Assembly (NCBI RefSeq): GCF_040938485.1
Contig: NW_027271515.1
Coordinates: 62,001 to 126,000, forward strand
Reading direction: 5' to 3'
DNA from: Diadema antillarum
Taxonomy: Eukaryota
DNA length: 64,000 nucleotides
Shown here: one piece after another, positions 63,369 through 64,000 of the stretch
Numbering within the stretch: the stretch's first letter is position 1
Layout: every line of letters starts with the position of its first letter
The notes under the pieces: model-generated
Told to the model about the DNA's origin: nothing
The model's database searches: none
What the model saw: only the letters and a program-made list of their open reading frames with translations
Made by a program: the position numbers and the translations under genes

Positions 63369-64000
63369 GTTAGTCTACCAGCATTGATGCAAAACGTGTT
63401 GGTGATGGAGATGTATTAGAGAAAATTATGTAAAAATCTAATTTTAGCATCAAGAAACTAGAGAAATTCATCACATCAAATGGCACTACACAGTCTTCTG
63501 ATCACTTCTGCAGTTAAGTTAAGTTAAGTGACATTGTTTTCATGAAATCTGGTCAGAAGCCCCGAAATTAAAAATGGTTAAAACTCTTCTTCTCAAGAAC
63601 CAGAAGTGACAGAGTTAACTTAGCACCGTGAGTAAAGACATTGGTGATTGTAGTCTCAAGTTTATTCATGGTGAATCCAGTCCTTGAAGTCCCCCAAATC
63701 TTACCAAGTTTAAAGGAAAATGCAAATTAGGATGTAAGCAATCTATGAGATAGTCGTTTTCATACTAGGTTGAAACATGTTTAGAAATACTGAATCATGT
63801 GCTAAGATTTAAAAAAGCAGTGTCTCACAGCCTCCACAACAATTTAATGCATTTGTTTCACAAGAATGCAATGTATTTGAATTAACACGAATTTCTTTTC
63901 AAGAGACAAAATGGATATATGTTTTGTGCTCTTGGATTTAATGGGGCAGGAGAGTGAAAAATTTAACCGCTTGAATATAAAGATAATGGCCAGTTCAAGA

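Overview
This is an AT-rich eukaryotic genomic window with two assembly gaps. Gene content and repeat families suggest an invertebrate deuterostome, probably an echinoderm; that assignment is an inference. I found no rRNA, tRNA or CRISPR. Genes: (1) a 3-exon single-SRCR type I membrane protein with two PPxY motifs (2201-4669, +); (2) a candidate small 4-exon orphan gene (7699-11677, -); (3) a second single-SRCR membrane gene (18836-24109, +) whose tail ends just after the TM helix; (4) an intronless TRIM71/lin-41 CDS (31938-34271, +); (5) the 5' exons of a FANCA-like gene (57700-63368, +; continues beyond the window). The rest is rich in non-autonomous DNA transposons (Kolobok-like TTAA MITEs, hAT-like elements with 5-, 6- or 8-bp TSDs, CMC/EnSpm-like, piggyBac-like, Academ-like, Helentron-type HINEs) and has RTE and CR1 LINE fragments. 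The strongest signal is a ~7.2-kb putative TRIM71 3' UTR. It carries perfect 8mer seed matches for all three miRNAs of the conserved miR-100/let-7/miR-125 cluster: 3 let-7 (two in tandem), 2 miR-100 and 1 miR-125. Alternative poly(A) signals lie between the sites.
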